The notes beneath the pieces were generated by a model. It saw only the letters and a list, made by a program, of their open reading frames with translations. It did not search any database and was not told the DNA's origin. A stretch of DNA of 64,000 nucleotides from an uncultured Gemmatimonadota bacterium (lineage in GTDB: Bacteria > JAAXHH01), in assembly GCA_951812955.1 (NCBI GenBank), contig OX638340.1:2528001-2592000 (forward strand), written 5' to 3'. Shown piece by piece: positions 33,111 to 42,709 of this stretch (position 1 is its first letter; every line of letters begins with the position of its first letter). The translations under genes and the position numbers were made by a program.

Positions 33111-34055
33111 ATGGACAAGGAATCCGCTGAAACGAAACAGGTCGTCGTCATCGGCGGGGGGCCGGCGGGTTACACGGCGGCCCTGTATGCGGCCCGGGCG
33201 AACCTTTCCCCCGTCGTATTGACGGGCAGCACGGTCGGCGGACAGTTGTCGCTTACCAGCGAGATCGAGAACTTCCCGGGATTCCCCGAAAGCCTGGGAG
33301 GCATGGATCTCATGGACCGCATGAGGGAACAGGCCGAGCGTTTCGGCGCCGAGATGAAGTACGAGGAAGTCGTCTCGGTGGATTTTGAACCGGGAGCCCA
33401 CCGGATACGCACGGACCGGAGCGAATACACGGCGAAAACCGCGGTGATCAGTACCGGTTCGTCGCCCAGACTGCTCAACGTGCCTGGCGAGGATACCTTC
33501 TTCGGCCGGGGCGTTTCCACCTGCGCGACCTGCGACGGCGCCTTCTACCGGGACCGGAAGGTCGCCGTGGTGGGCGGAGGCGACAGCGCCATGGAGGAGG
33601 GACTCTTCCTGACGCGGTTCGCAAGCCAGGTCTGGATCATTCACCGCCGCAACGAACTGAGAGCGAGCCGGATCATGCAGGAACGGGCCCTGGAACATCC
33701 AAAGATAGCGTTCCAGTGGGGATCCGTGGTCGACGAGGTGCTGGGTGATGAAACCGCGGGCGTGACCGGGGTGCGCGTGCAGGAACTGGAAACGGACCGG
33801 GTACGGGTGCTGGACGCCGAGGGCCTCTTCATCGCTATCGGGCATACGCCCAATACCGGACTCTTCAGAGACAAGATCGACCTGGACGAACAGGGCTACA
33901 TCCTGACCGACAGGAGGCAGCGCACCAGCGTGCCCGGCGTGTTCGCGGGCGGGGACGTGCAGGACCACGTCTATCGCCAGGCGATTACGGCGGCGGGAAC
34001 GGGATGCGCCGCCGCCATGGAGGCGGAGAAGTATATCGCGGGGAACGGGGGCTAG
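33111..34055 (+). CDS. trxB: thioredoxin-disulfide reductase
   Basis: FAD site GGGPAGYTAALYAAR, redox-active CATC, NADPH site VVGGGDSAMEE. Confidence 0.9.
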   Translation: MDKESAETKQVVVIGGGPAGYTAALYAARANLSPVVLTGSTVGGQLSLTSEIENFPGFPESLGGMDLMDRMREQAERFGAEMKYEEVVSVDFEPGAHRIRTDRSEYTAKTAVISTGSSPRLLNVPGEDTFFGRGVSTCATCDGAFYRDRKVAVVGGGDSAMEEGLFLTRFASQVWIIHRRNELRASRIMQERALEHPKIAFQWGSVVDEVLGDETAGVTGVRVQELETDRVRVLDAEGLFIAIGHTPNTGLFRDKIDLDEQGYILTDRRQRTSVPGVFAGGDVQDHVYRQAITAAGTGCAAAMEAEKYIAGNGG

Positions 34056-34061
34056 GCCGCC

Positions 34062-34186
34062 GGGTCAGGGCGTTCGATCAGGTCGTTCGGGTCAGGGCGT
34101 TCGATCAGGTCGTTCGGGTCAGGGCGTTCGATCAGGGCGTGCGGGCGTCGTTCAGGGCGTTCGTTCAGGCCGTTCGGGCGTCGTGC
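34062..34186. repeat. 27-bp tandem repeat (2 perfect + ~2-3 degenerate copies) between convergent trxB and cysE
   Basis: gggtcagggcgttcgatcaggtcgttc x2 perfect (34062-34115), then degenerate copies that overlap the 3' end of cysE. Confidence 0.8.
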
Positions 34187-35085
34187 TTTACCACGTCCAG
34201 CTTCGGGTTTCCGATGGTAACCTTGGAATGGGGCGGCACCGGTTCCGTCAGCCAGACGTTGGCACCGATCACGGAATCGTGTCCTATGGTCGTTCCGCCA
34301 CCCAGGATCGTCGCACCCGAATAAATGACCACGTCGTCTTCAATGGTGGGGTGGCGCTTGCCGCCCTTAACGAGACGTCCGCCCTCATCCTTCCTGAAAC
34401 TCAGCGCGCCCAGCGTTACGCCCTGGTATAACTTGACGTTGGCGCCGATCAGCGCGGTCTCCCCGATGACAACGCCCGTGCCGTGGTCGATGAAGAAGCG
34501 GGTGCCGATGGTCGCGCCGGGGTGGATGTCGATACCGGTGCGGCTGTGGGCGTGTTCGGACATGATCCGCGGGATGAGCGGCGTATTCCTCAGATAAAGT
34601 TCATGGGCGAGCCGGTATGTGGCGATGGCTGCCATGCACGGGTAGCTGAGTATGATCTCGTCATGACTTTTGGCCGCGGGATCCCCGTCGTAGGCCGCTT
34701 CCACGTCGCCCATGAGCAGCTTTCGGATCCCGGGAATCGTCTCCAGGAGTTCGAGGGTGATCCCGTCGGCGATTTCCTGGCAGGCCGCCGGATCCTCCTC
34801 CCGGCACGGGGCGTCGTGCATCAGGCTTCGGGCGATTTCCTCCCGCAGCCTGATATAGATGGCGTCCACCAGCCCGTCGACGAAAAAGGCCACGTTCTTC
34901 GTCATGAGCGGTTCGTTCCCGAAATACCCCGGGAAACAAAGGACCAGCAGGTCCCTCAGGATGCCGTAAATCCGTTCCCGCGAAGGCAGGTTATTTCCAT
35001 CTTTGCGGTTCAGGCCACCGACCGAGTCGTAGGATCGTACGATCTGGGATGCCAGCGCGCCGAGCTGGCTGCGCGTCTCCGACAT
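34165..35085 (-). CDS. cysE: serine O-acetyltransferase
   Basis: SATase N-terminal helical domain plus hexapeptide-repeat LbH domain (GIDIHPGATIG..FIDHGTGVVIGETALIG). Probable start at MSETRSQL. Confidence 0.85.
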   Translation of the reverse strand: MSETRSQLGALASQIVRSYDSVGGLNRKDGNNLPSRERIYGILRDLLVLCFPGYFGNEPLMTKNVAFFVDGLVDAIYIRLREEIARSLMHDAPCREEDPAACQEIADGITLELLETIPGIRKLLMGDVEAAYDGDPAAKSHDEIILSYPCMAAIATYRLAHELYLRNTPLIPRIMSEHAHSRTGIDIHPGATIGTRFFIDHGTGVVIGETALIGANVKLYQGVTLGALSFRKDEGGRLVKGGKRHPTIEDDVVIYSGATILGGGTTIGHDSVIGANVWLTEPVPPHSKVTIGNPKLDVVKHDARTA

Positions 35086-35405
35086 GGTGAGATTGCAGAT
35101 CGGCACCACCTTCTCACCCGAAGTCTCATCGCGCCTGGAACGTTTCATGATGCTCCGCATCGGTTTTCAGATACCGGTTTCCGCACAGGTCAGAATCGGT
35201 GCCGGGCTTCTCTTCCCGGCCCTTTCGCCGCTGTCTGAATTTCGAGGAACCATCGCGGTAAGTCAAGCGATTTCTTTTGTTAACGGCTGTGCCATGATCG
35301 TTCGGCAGACGCTACAAAGCAGTTGCCTGAGGAAGCGGTACGGCCTTATATTGCAGTAATTTCGCGTCGCGTTTCGATCCCCGGTACACCAGGCAGCGGT
35401 CCCCT

Positions 35406-37364
35406 ATGGATATCAAACGAACGCTCGTCGTTCTTTCCCTCTTTCCATGCCTGCTTGCAACCGGCTTGCCGGTCGCGGGCCAGTCTGCCGGCGGGTACAT
35501 GGCTATCACCGAGGTGCAACCGGGCATGCGCGGATACGGCCTCACAGTTTTTCAGGATGCCCGGATCGATACCTTCGAGATCGAAGTGCTGGGCGTCATG
35601 AAGAACATTTTCTACGCGAAACACGATATCATCATGGTTGGAGTTTCGGGTCCCTACGTCGACGATGCGGGTGTAATCGCGGGGATGAGCGGCAGCCCCG
35701 TGTACATAGACGGAAAGCTCGTCGGCGCGTTGGCGTACCGCTTCGGGACGTTTCCGATGAAACCCATCGGCGGCGTCACGCCAATCGGCCATATGCTGGC
35801 CATACGCGATGCCCTGGAGACCGAACCGGCGCGGGACCGCAGTGCGCCCGGAGGAAACCTGGGAGGGCAGGGCGAGTTCCGGGGTGAAACCGGACCGGGT
35901 GAACTGGGTGGAACGGGCGGACCGGACGGTCCGGACGAAGCATCCGCGGATCCGGTATTCCCCGGTTCGCTTTGGCCGGGTGAAGACGGCATCGAAACGG
36001 AGTACTCCGGGCAGCCGGGTATCCCTTCTGGTCCGTCCAACCTCAAACCCATCGCCGTGCCGATGGTGTTTTCGGGTTTCCATCCCATGACGGTCAGTCT
36101 GTTCGAAAACGACCTGCGCCGTCGCGGACTCGTACCCCTGGCCGGGGGCGCTTCCAGCGGGACGTCCGGCACGGTTCCAGCCGGCGACGACTCGGTTACG
36201 GAACAGGCCGGTCCGGCGTCCAGCGGTGGGAGATCCTCCCTGGAACCCGGCGCCGCCGTGAGCGCGCAGCTCATACGGGGCGATTACAATCTTTCGGGTA
36301 CCGGTACGGTCACCTGGCGCGATGAAGACGCCATACTTGCCTTCGGGCATCCCTTTCTGTGGACGGGCGCCCTGAACATACCGATGAACCGGGCCGATAT
36401 CATTACGGTCATTCCGGACCAGATCGGATCCACGAAAATCAGCAGCGTGGCGGATGAAGTCGGTTCGGTCCTGTGGGACCACACAAACGGGATTTACGGC
36501 CAACTTGGCGATACGGCGCGCATGATACCGGTGGAACTCTCCTACGACGATGCCACCGGCACGCCCCGTACCTACCTGTTCGACGTGATGATGGCGAACG
36601 GCTGGACGCCTCTGCTGGTAAACATGGCGGTGGCGAATACGATTATCGCGAACGGCAGGGCGGCCGGCGAGCGAACGATAACACTCGGCGGACGGATCGA
36701 GCTGCGGGGCCATCCGGATGTCGTCTTCGAAGACCAGTTTTCCGGACAGGGGTCCCTCTCGGCATTGGCCAGAGATGTGAACGGCGTGCTCGACTTCGTG
36801 CTCGACAACCGCTTCGTGACCCCGATGATCGAGTCACTGAGTATCGAGATACAATCGTCGAACGAGCGCAGGACGGCCGTCATCGAAGACGTCTGGTTCG
36901 GATCGGAAACCGTGAAGCCGGGCGACACGCTGGAGGTCAGGGTATTCCTTCGGCCCTACCGAGGCGACCGCGTGGTCAAGCGGCTCGACGTGACGATCCC
37001 CAAGACCATATCCAACGGACCGGTACAGGTACTTGTCGGTTCCTCCCAGGCCGTTCTCCGCCACGACCTGAATGCCGTTCCCCAGCGGTACAGGCCCACG
37101 GACGGTCCCCGGCTGATTGAACTGCTCAACAACCGCCGTACCGGAAACCGGGTATATCTGAAGATGTTCCAGGGCGGCGCGGGGGGCATGGTGAAGGGCA
37201 GGGAGATGCCCGGACTGCCTCCATCGGTCCTCGCCGTCATGAATTCAGAGCGGACGAAGGGCAGTTTCCTGCCGATCCGCGAGAAGGTGGTCGCCGAGGA
37301 AACGGTCCGAACGGACTATGTCATCGCCGGGCAGAACTGGAGCCGGCTGACCGCAAAGCGATAG
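35406..37364 (+). CDS. secreted SpoIVB-like peptidase S55 domain protein
   Basis: Signal peptide. GMSGSPVYIDGKLVGALAYRFG matches the S55 catalytic-serine block. Gly/Pro-rich linker. Long C-terminal domain. Confidence 0.65.
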   Translation: MDIKRTLVVLSLFPCLLATGLPVAGQSAGGYMAITEVQPGMRGYGLTVFQDARIDTFEIEVLGVMKNIFYAKHDIIMVGVSGPYVDDAGVIAGMSGSPVYIDGKLVGALAYRFGTFPMKPIGGVTPIGHMLAIRDALETEPARDRSAPGGNLGGQGEFRGETGPGELGGTGGPDGPDEASADPVFPGSLWPGEDGIETEYSGQPGIPSGPSNLKPIAVPMVFSGFHPMTVSLFENDLRRRGLVPLAGGASSGTSGTVPAGDDSVTEQAGPASSGGRSSLEPGAAVSAQLIRGDYNLSGTGTVTWRDEDAILAFGHPFLWTGALNIPMNRADIITVIPDQIGSTKISSVADEVGSVLWDHTNGIYGQLGDTARMIPVELSYDDATGTPRTYLFDVMMANGWTPLLVNMAVANTIIANGRAAGERTITLGGRIELRGHPDVVFEDQFSGQGSLSALARDVNGVLDFVLDNRFVTPMIESLSIEIQSSNERRTAVIEDVWFGSETVKPGDTLEVRVFLRPYRGDRVVKRLDVTIPKTISNGPVQVLVGSSQAVLRHDLNAVPQRYRPTDGPRLIELLNNRRTGNRVYLKMFQGGAGGMVKGREMPGLPPSVLAVMNSERTKGSFLPIREKVVAEETVRTDYVIAGQNWSRLTAKR

Positions 37365-37373
37365 GAGCGACTC

Positions 37374-39674
37374 TTGAACCAGGTCACGGGATGGCGCGTA
37401 CCACTCTTGGCTTCGGTCCTTCTGATGGCCGCGTTCGGCGCCCTCGCGTCGACGCCGGTAATCTGGAAACAGGCCGGACACGGGGACTTTCTCAGAGGAG
37501 AAACCCGCGGCGTTTCCATAACCGGAAAGGGCCGCCTGACCCTGTCACCGGTCCTGGATCCCGTTTTCGAGAGCGACGAACCGCTGATATGGAGTATCGC
37601 GACCGATTCCAGCGGTAATATCTACGCGGGTACGGGAAATGACGGCAGGCTGTACCGTGTGGATTCCTCGGGCCAGACCGAAGTGTTTTTCGACGCGGAA
37701 GAGCTTGAAATCCGCAGTGTCGCGATTGATGGCGACGACAGGATCTACGCAGCCACCTTCCCCGACGGCCGGATCTACCGGATCGACCCGGACGGGACCC
37801 ATACAGTGTTTTTCGATCCAGCGCGCGATGGCGGCTCGGACGACGGGAATGGCGGCTCGGACGACGGGAATGGCGGCTCGGACGACGGGAATGGCGGCTC
37901 GGACGACGGGACGGGCTACATCTGGTCGCTGGCGCTGGACGGGGAGGGCGGGCTTTACGCGGGAACGGGTGATCAGGGAAGGATATATCGTATCGACGAG
38001 CATGGCGACGCACACCTGCTGGCCGAGCTGGAGGAGGCCCATGTCATGGCCCTGGCCGTGGATGGATCGGGCCGACTGATCGCCGGCACCGAGCCGGGCG
38101 GAAGAGTCTACCGCATGGAATGGACCACGCCCGACGGCCCCCTTTCCCTTTCGGTCCTCCACGATTCTCCCTACGGCGAAATCAACGCCCTTCAGGTTGA
38201 CGCGGAGGGCGCCGTGTTCGCCTGCGCGCTGAGTGGACCGCGCCGGGGCGGCCGGGGCGGGGGAGCGATGTCTCCGCCATCCCGGAGCACTCCCGACGAG
38301 CCTGGCGGCGAATCCGCACGCAACACGGTCGAAGTGACGGCATCGGCGGATGGCGCGGACCGGCCGACAGTCCGCAGTTTCGCCGCGGGGGGCAGTGTGG
38401 TCTTACGGATAGATCCGGATGGACGGGTGGAAGAATGGTGGCGATCCCAGGCGGACGTATGCCTGTCTCTGGCGGTTCGAGGAGAAAAAGAACTGCTCAT
38501 TGGCACCGGGCAGCGCGGCCGGCTGTACAGCGTCCGGGAACGGGGCCGGGGCACGCTGCTGAACGAATTGCGGGATTCGCAGATCACGGCGCTGATGCCT
38601 GTCGCAACGGACGGGGTTTTGGTGGCGACGAGTAATCGCGGCAACCTGTACCGTCTGCTTTCCCGGCCCGTGCGCGAGGGCGAATACGAATCCGATGTCC
38701 GGGATACCCGGGGCATCGCGCGGTGGGGCCGTATACGATGGGAAAACGAGCAGCCCGCGGGGACGACGGTCCGCCTGTATGCGCGGTCGGGCAATACGGA
38801 TGCTCCCGACCAGACCTGGAGCGAATGGACCGGTCCCTACACCGACCCGGAAGGAGAAGCCCTGGCATGCCCGCCCGCCCGCTATCTGCAGTGGAAGGCG
38901 GTGCTGAACACGCGGAACGAGCAAACCCCCTCGGTCTCTTCCGTTTCGGCCTCGTACCTGACGCGAAACAATCCGCCCAGGGTGCACTCGGTCACGGTAT
39001 ACGAGCCGGGCGTCCAATTGCGGGACGCCGCGCCAGGTTCAGGCTTACAGACCGATCTTCCCCCGGGCATCGCAGCGCAGGTCGGTGGCCGTGGCAACGG
39101 CCGCGGCCAGAACGCATCGGCCGGCTCCCCCACCTACCGGAAGGGCATGCGGGCCATCGCGGTCCAGGCGAGCGATCCTGACGGGGACGGACTGTCCTTC
39201 GAAATCTATTTCCGGGGCGCGGCTGAAGAAACCTGGAAACTCCTGGAGTCGGAACGGCGCACCCCTTCCTATTCCTGGGATTCCGAGACTTTCCCGGATG
39301 GAGAATACGTCATACGCGTCGTGGTCAGCGACGCGTCGTCGAACCCGCCTGACCAGGCACTGGAGTCGGATCACCTCACCGAACCTTTTCTGGTGGACAA
39401 TACCGGTCCGCTGGTAACCCGGATCAACATATCAGACGGACTGTTGTCCTTTCTTGTCCAGGATAACGCCAGTCCCCTTTTTCGCGTGGAATACGCCATA
39501 GACGGGCGCGATTGGCGGGTGGTTCACCCCGTGGACGGCGTTACGGATTCGAAGACGGAGTCATTCGAGATCACCCTGGACGGACTGGAACCCGGCGAAC
39601 ACACCCTCGCCGTTCGCGCCAGGGACACATCAAATAACACGGGTACGGGGAAACGGGTCGTCAGGATCCCCTGA
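37374..39674 (+). CDS. secreted beta-propeller repeat protein with C-terminal Ig/Fn-like region; contains a perfect 21-bp in-frame tandem repeat
   Basis: Signal peptide. Repeated GxxG(R/L)(I/L)YR(I/V)D blades. GGSDDGN x4 encoded by 21-bp repeats at 37830-37913. Confidence 0.6.
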   Translation: MNQVTGWRVPLLASVLLMAAFGALASTPVIWKQAGHGDFLRGETRGVSITGKGRLTLSPVLDPVFESDEPLIWSIATDSSGNIYAGTGNDGRLYRVDSSGQTEVFFDAEELEIRSVAIDGDDRIYAATFPDGRIYRIDPDGTHTVFFDPARDGGSDDGNGGSDDGNGGSDDGNGGSDDGTGYIWSLALDGEGGLYAGTGDQGRIYRIDEHGDAHLLAELEEAHVMALAVDGSGRLIAGTEPGGRVYRMEWTTPDGPLSLSVLHDSPYGEINALQVDAEGAVFACALSGPRRGGRGGGAMSPPSRSTPDEPGGESARNTVEVTASADGADRPTVRSFAAGGSVVLRIDPDGRVEEWWRSQADVCLSLAVRGEKELLIGTGQRGRLYSVRERGRGTLLNELRDSQITALMPVATDGVLVATSNRGNLYRLLSRPVREGEYESDVRDTRGIARWGRIRWENEQPAGTTVRLYARSGNTDAPDQTWSEWTGPYTDPEGEALACPPARYLQWKAVLNTRNEQTPSVSSVSASYLTRNNPPRVHSVTVYEPGVQLRDAAPGSGLQTDLPPGIAAQVGGRGNGRGQNASAGSPTYRKGMRAIAVQASDPDGDGLSFEIYFRGAAEETWKLLESERRTPSYSWDSETFPDGEYVIRVVVSDASSNPPDQALESDHLTEPFLVDNTGPLVTRINISDGLLSFLVQDNASPLFRVEYAIDGRDWRVVHPVDGVTDSKTESFEITLDGLEPGEHTLAVRARDTSNNTGTGKRVVRIP

Positions 39675-39683
39675 GGAGGCAAG

Positions 39684-40433
39684 GTGTCCGGGCATTCCAA
39701 GTGGAGCACGATCAAGCGGAAGAAGGAACAGAAAGACGCCGCTCGCGGGAAGATCTTCACCCGCGTCATCAAGGAGATCACCATCGCCGCGCGGCAGGGC
39801 GGCGGTTCGGTGAACGTCAACCCTCGGCTCAGGACGGCCATACTGGCCGCCAAGACGGAAAACGTGCCGCAGGCCAACATCGACCGGGCCATCGCGCGAG
39901 GCACGGGCGAACTGGACGGCGTTCATTACGAGGAACTGGTCTACGAGGGATACGGGCCATCGGGCGTTGCGTTGATGGTGGAAGCGGTGACGGACAACAA
40001 GAACCGCACCACCTCCGAGATGCGCCATGCCTTCACTAAGAACGGCGGCAACATGGGGGAGGCGGGCTGCGTGGCCTGGATGTTCGACCAGAAGGGCACG
40101 ATCGTCGTGGACAAGAATGGGGTCGACGAGGACGAGGTCATGATGATCGCCCTCGAAGCCGGCGCGGAAGACATCCTGGACGAAGGAGATACCCTGGACG
40201 TATACACCGCCGTTTCCGATTACGAATCGGTGCGGGCCCAGCTCGAGGAAAACGGGTTCGCCCCCCTGCGGGCTGAAATAGGCCGCATTCCGCAGTCGAC
40301 CGTGGCGGTCGAGGGCAAGGACGCGGAGCAGCTTCTCCGGTTGATGGAGGTTCTCGAGGACCACGACGACGTCCAGCACGTCTACGCTAATTTCGACGTG
40401 GACGACGGGATGCTGGAGAAGATGAACGGGTAG
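39684..40433 (+). CDS. yebC: YebC/PmpR family DNA-binding transcriptional regulator
   Basis: MSGHSKWSTIKRKK... Canonical YebC N-terminus and full-length conservation. Confidence 0.9.
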   Translation: MSGHSKWSTIKRKKEQKDAARGKIFTRVIKEITIAARQGGGSVNVNPRLRTAILAAKTENVPQANIDRAIARGTGELDGVHYEELVYEGYGPSGVALMVEAVTDNKNRTTSEMRHAFTKNGGNMGEAGCVAWMFDQKGTIVVDKNGVDEDEVMMIALEAGAEDILDEGDTLDVYTAVSDYESVRAQLEENGFAPLRAEIGRIPQSTVAVEGKDAEQLLRLMEVLEDHDDVQHVYANFDVDDGMLEKMNG

Positions 40434-40442
40434 CGGGTATAC

Positions 40443-40961
40443 ATGATCATCCTCGGAATCGACCCGGGCAGCGTAATTACGGGATACGGCGTGATCGACA
40501 CCCGGGGCAGGAACACTCGGCTATTGGACTGCGGCGTGGTGCGGACGGGGTCGCGCAAGGCCCTTCCGGATCGGCTGAAGTTAATCTACGACGGCCTGTG
40601 CGAAGTAATCGACCGAAACCACCCGGAACTGGTGGCCGTCGAGTCCACCTTCGGCGGGCGGTTTCCCAAAGCGGCCCTCGTACTGGGACACGCCCGGGGG
40701 GTCGCCCTCCTGGCCGCGGCGAACCGGGGACTGCAGGTCTGGGAATACGCCCCGCGCGATGTGAAAATGGCCATTACCCGCGCGGGTGGCGCGTCGAAAC
40801 AGCAGGTTCAGTACCTGGTGCGCGCCATGCTGAACCTCGACCGGGACCCCGACCGAAAGCCCATGCCGGAAGACGCGTCGGACGCGCTGGCGGTCGCTAT
40901 CTGTCACTTTCACAGGATAACCGGAGGGATCCAGGCGGTTGATCGCATTCGTCGAAGGTGA
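40443..40961 (+). CDS. ruvC: crossover junction endodeoxyribonuclease RuvC
   Basis: ILGIDPGSVITGYGV catalytic N-terminus. RNase H-like fold signature. Confidence 0.9.
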   Translation: MIILGIDPGSVITGYGVIDTRGRNTRLLDCGVVRTGSRKALPDRLKLIYDGLCEVIDRNHPELVAVESTFGGRFPKAALVLGHARGVALLAAANRGLQVWEYAPRDVKMAITRAGGASKQQVQYLVRAMLNLDRDPDRKPMPEDASDALAVAICHFHRITGGIQAVDRIRRR

Positions 40962-41547
40962 ATTGGTCGACAAGCAACCCGACGGCATCACGGTGTCCGT
41001 CGGCGGGATCGGCCTTTACATGGACGTCCCCCTCTCCACGGTCCAGGCCCTCGGTGCCCAGGGTTCGCGCGTGCGCGTGGAAACGGTGCTCCACAGCCGG
41101 GAGGACGGCATGCAGCTCTATGGTTTCGCAACCGTGGACGAGAAGCGCCTCTTCGAAGTGCTGATCACGCTGCCTGGCATAGGGCCCGGCGTGGCCCTGA
41201 ACATCCTGTCCGGCGCGACGGTCGCCGAGTTTACCGCCGCGATCATTAACGAAGACGTGGGCAAGCTGGTCTCACTGCCGAAGATCGGCCGGAAGACCGC
41301 GCAGCGGTTAATCATGGAGCTACGCGACAAGCTCGCCTCCATGGATACCGGCAAGGGGGAAGCGCTGCCCGTGGCGCCTTCGGGAGAGGCCCCCGAAGTG
41401 GACGATGCGATCATGGGCCTGGTGGCATTGGGCTACGACCAGCCTGAAGCCCGTAAGCAGGTCATCCGGGTGATGTCCGATAGCGCGGAAACCCCTGCGG
41501 CGGAGGAGATCATTCGATTGGTGCTGCGGAACCAGGGAGGGCGGTAG
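40939..41547 (+). CDS. ruvA: Holliday junction branch migration protein RuvA
   Basis: MIAFVEGELV..., HhH motifs LPGIG / LPKIG. Overlaps the ruvC 3' end. Confidence 0.9.
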   Translation: MIAFVEGELVDKQPDGITVSVGGIGLYMDVPLSTVQALGAQGSRVRVETVLHSREDGMQLYGFATVDEKRLFEVLITLPGIGPGVALNILSGATVAEFTAAIINEDVGKLVSLPKIGRKTAQRLIMELRDKLASMDTGKGEALPVAPSGEAPEVDDAIMGLVALGYDQPEARKQVIRVMSDSAETPAAEEIIRLVLRNQGGR

Positions 41548-42582
41548 ATGGACGAACGGGACTACCCGTTGTCCGACCCGGACCGGTTCGACGAGGATAA
41601 CGAGTTCGACCGCGTGCTGCGGCCGGGCCGTTTCGATGAATTCCCCGGCCAGGAAAAGGCCAAGGCGGAGCTGCAGCTGTATATCGAGGCAGCGAAGACC
41701 CGCGGAGAGAACCACATCGACCACGTGTTGCTCCACGGACCGCCCGGATTGGGCAAGACTACGCTGGCCACCATTCTCGCCAACGAAATGGGCGTGGAGA
41801 TCCGTCAGACCGCCGGGCCCGTGCTGGACAAACCGGCCGACCTGGCGGGCCTGTTGACCAACCTGCAGCCGGGAGACGTGTTCTTCATCGACGAGATCCA
41901 CCGCCTGAACCACGTGGTGGAGGAACACATGTACGCCGCCATGGAGGACTTCAAGATCGACATCCTGGTCGACCGGGGGCCGAGCGCCCGTTCGCTCTCC
42001 CTTAACCTGGATCACTTCACGCTGGTAGGCGCGACGACGCGCACGGGCCTGCTTACGGCGCCGCTCCTGGCGCGTTTCGGCATCCCCATCCGCCTCGATT
42101 TCTACACGCCGGAAGAACTCTTCCTGATCGTAACGCGGGCGGCCGAAATCATTGGCGTGGAGACCGATAAAGGCGGGGCGATGGAGATCGCCCGGCGGTC
42201 ACGGGGTACGCCCCGAATCGCCAACCGGTACCTGAAGCGGGTGCGGGACTACGCCCAGGTCAAGCGCGACGGCCGTATTACCGGGGAGACCGCGACGGCC
42301 GCGTTCGACATGCTGGGCGTGGATCACATGGGTCTGGACGACATGAACCGCCTGATCCTCACGGCCATCATCGAGAAGTACGAGGGCGGTCCCGTGGGCC
42401 TGAACACGCTGGCCGTGGCCGTAGGTGAGGAGAGCGGGACGCTCGAGGAAGTATACGAGCCATATCTCATCGTCCAGGGCCTGATCAAGCGCACGCCCCG
42501 GGGCAGGGTGGCCACCGAGCTGGCATACGGGCACCTGGGATTCGACGCGAACAAGAGGCCGCGGCCCGGACTGTTCGACTGA
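41548..42582 (+). CDS. ruvB: Holliday junction branch migration DNA helicase RuvB
   Basis: LRP..FDEF.GQE, Walker [12 protein letters not shown], Walker [10 protein letters not shown], sensor regions. Confidence 0.95.
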   Translation: MDERDYPLSDPDRFDEDNEFDRVLRPGRFDEFPGQEKAKAELQLYIEAAKTRGENHIDHVLLHGPPGLGKTTLATILANEMGVEIRQTAGPVLDKPADLAGLLTNLQPGDVFFIDEIHRLNHVVEEHMYAAMEDFKIDILVDRGPSARSLSLNLDHFTLVGATTRTGLLTAPLLARFGIPIRLDFYTPEELFLIVTRAAEIIGVETDKGGAMEIARRSRGTPRIANRYLKRVRDYAQVKRDGRITGETATAAFDMLGVDHMGLDDMNRLILTAIIEKYEGGPVGLNTLAVAVGEESGTLEEVYEPYLIVQGLIKRTPRGRVATELAYGHLGFDANKRPRPGLFD

Positions 42583-42709
42583 CGGCCTGCAGGCTTGCTA
42601 CCGGCGCGGCCGGCGGTCCCCTTAGCCAGCGCGGTCGGCGCAGCGCTTCAGTTTCGTCGCCCGCTCGGCACGGCGGACCCTGAATCCCACTCGGCCGGCG
42701 CGAAAGATC

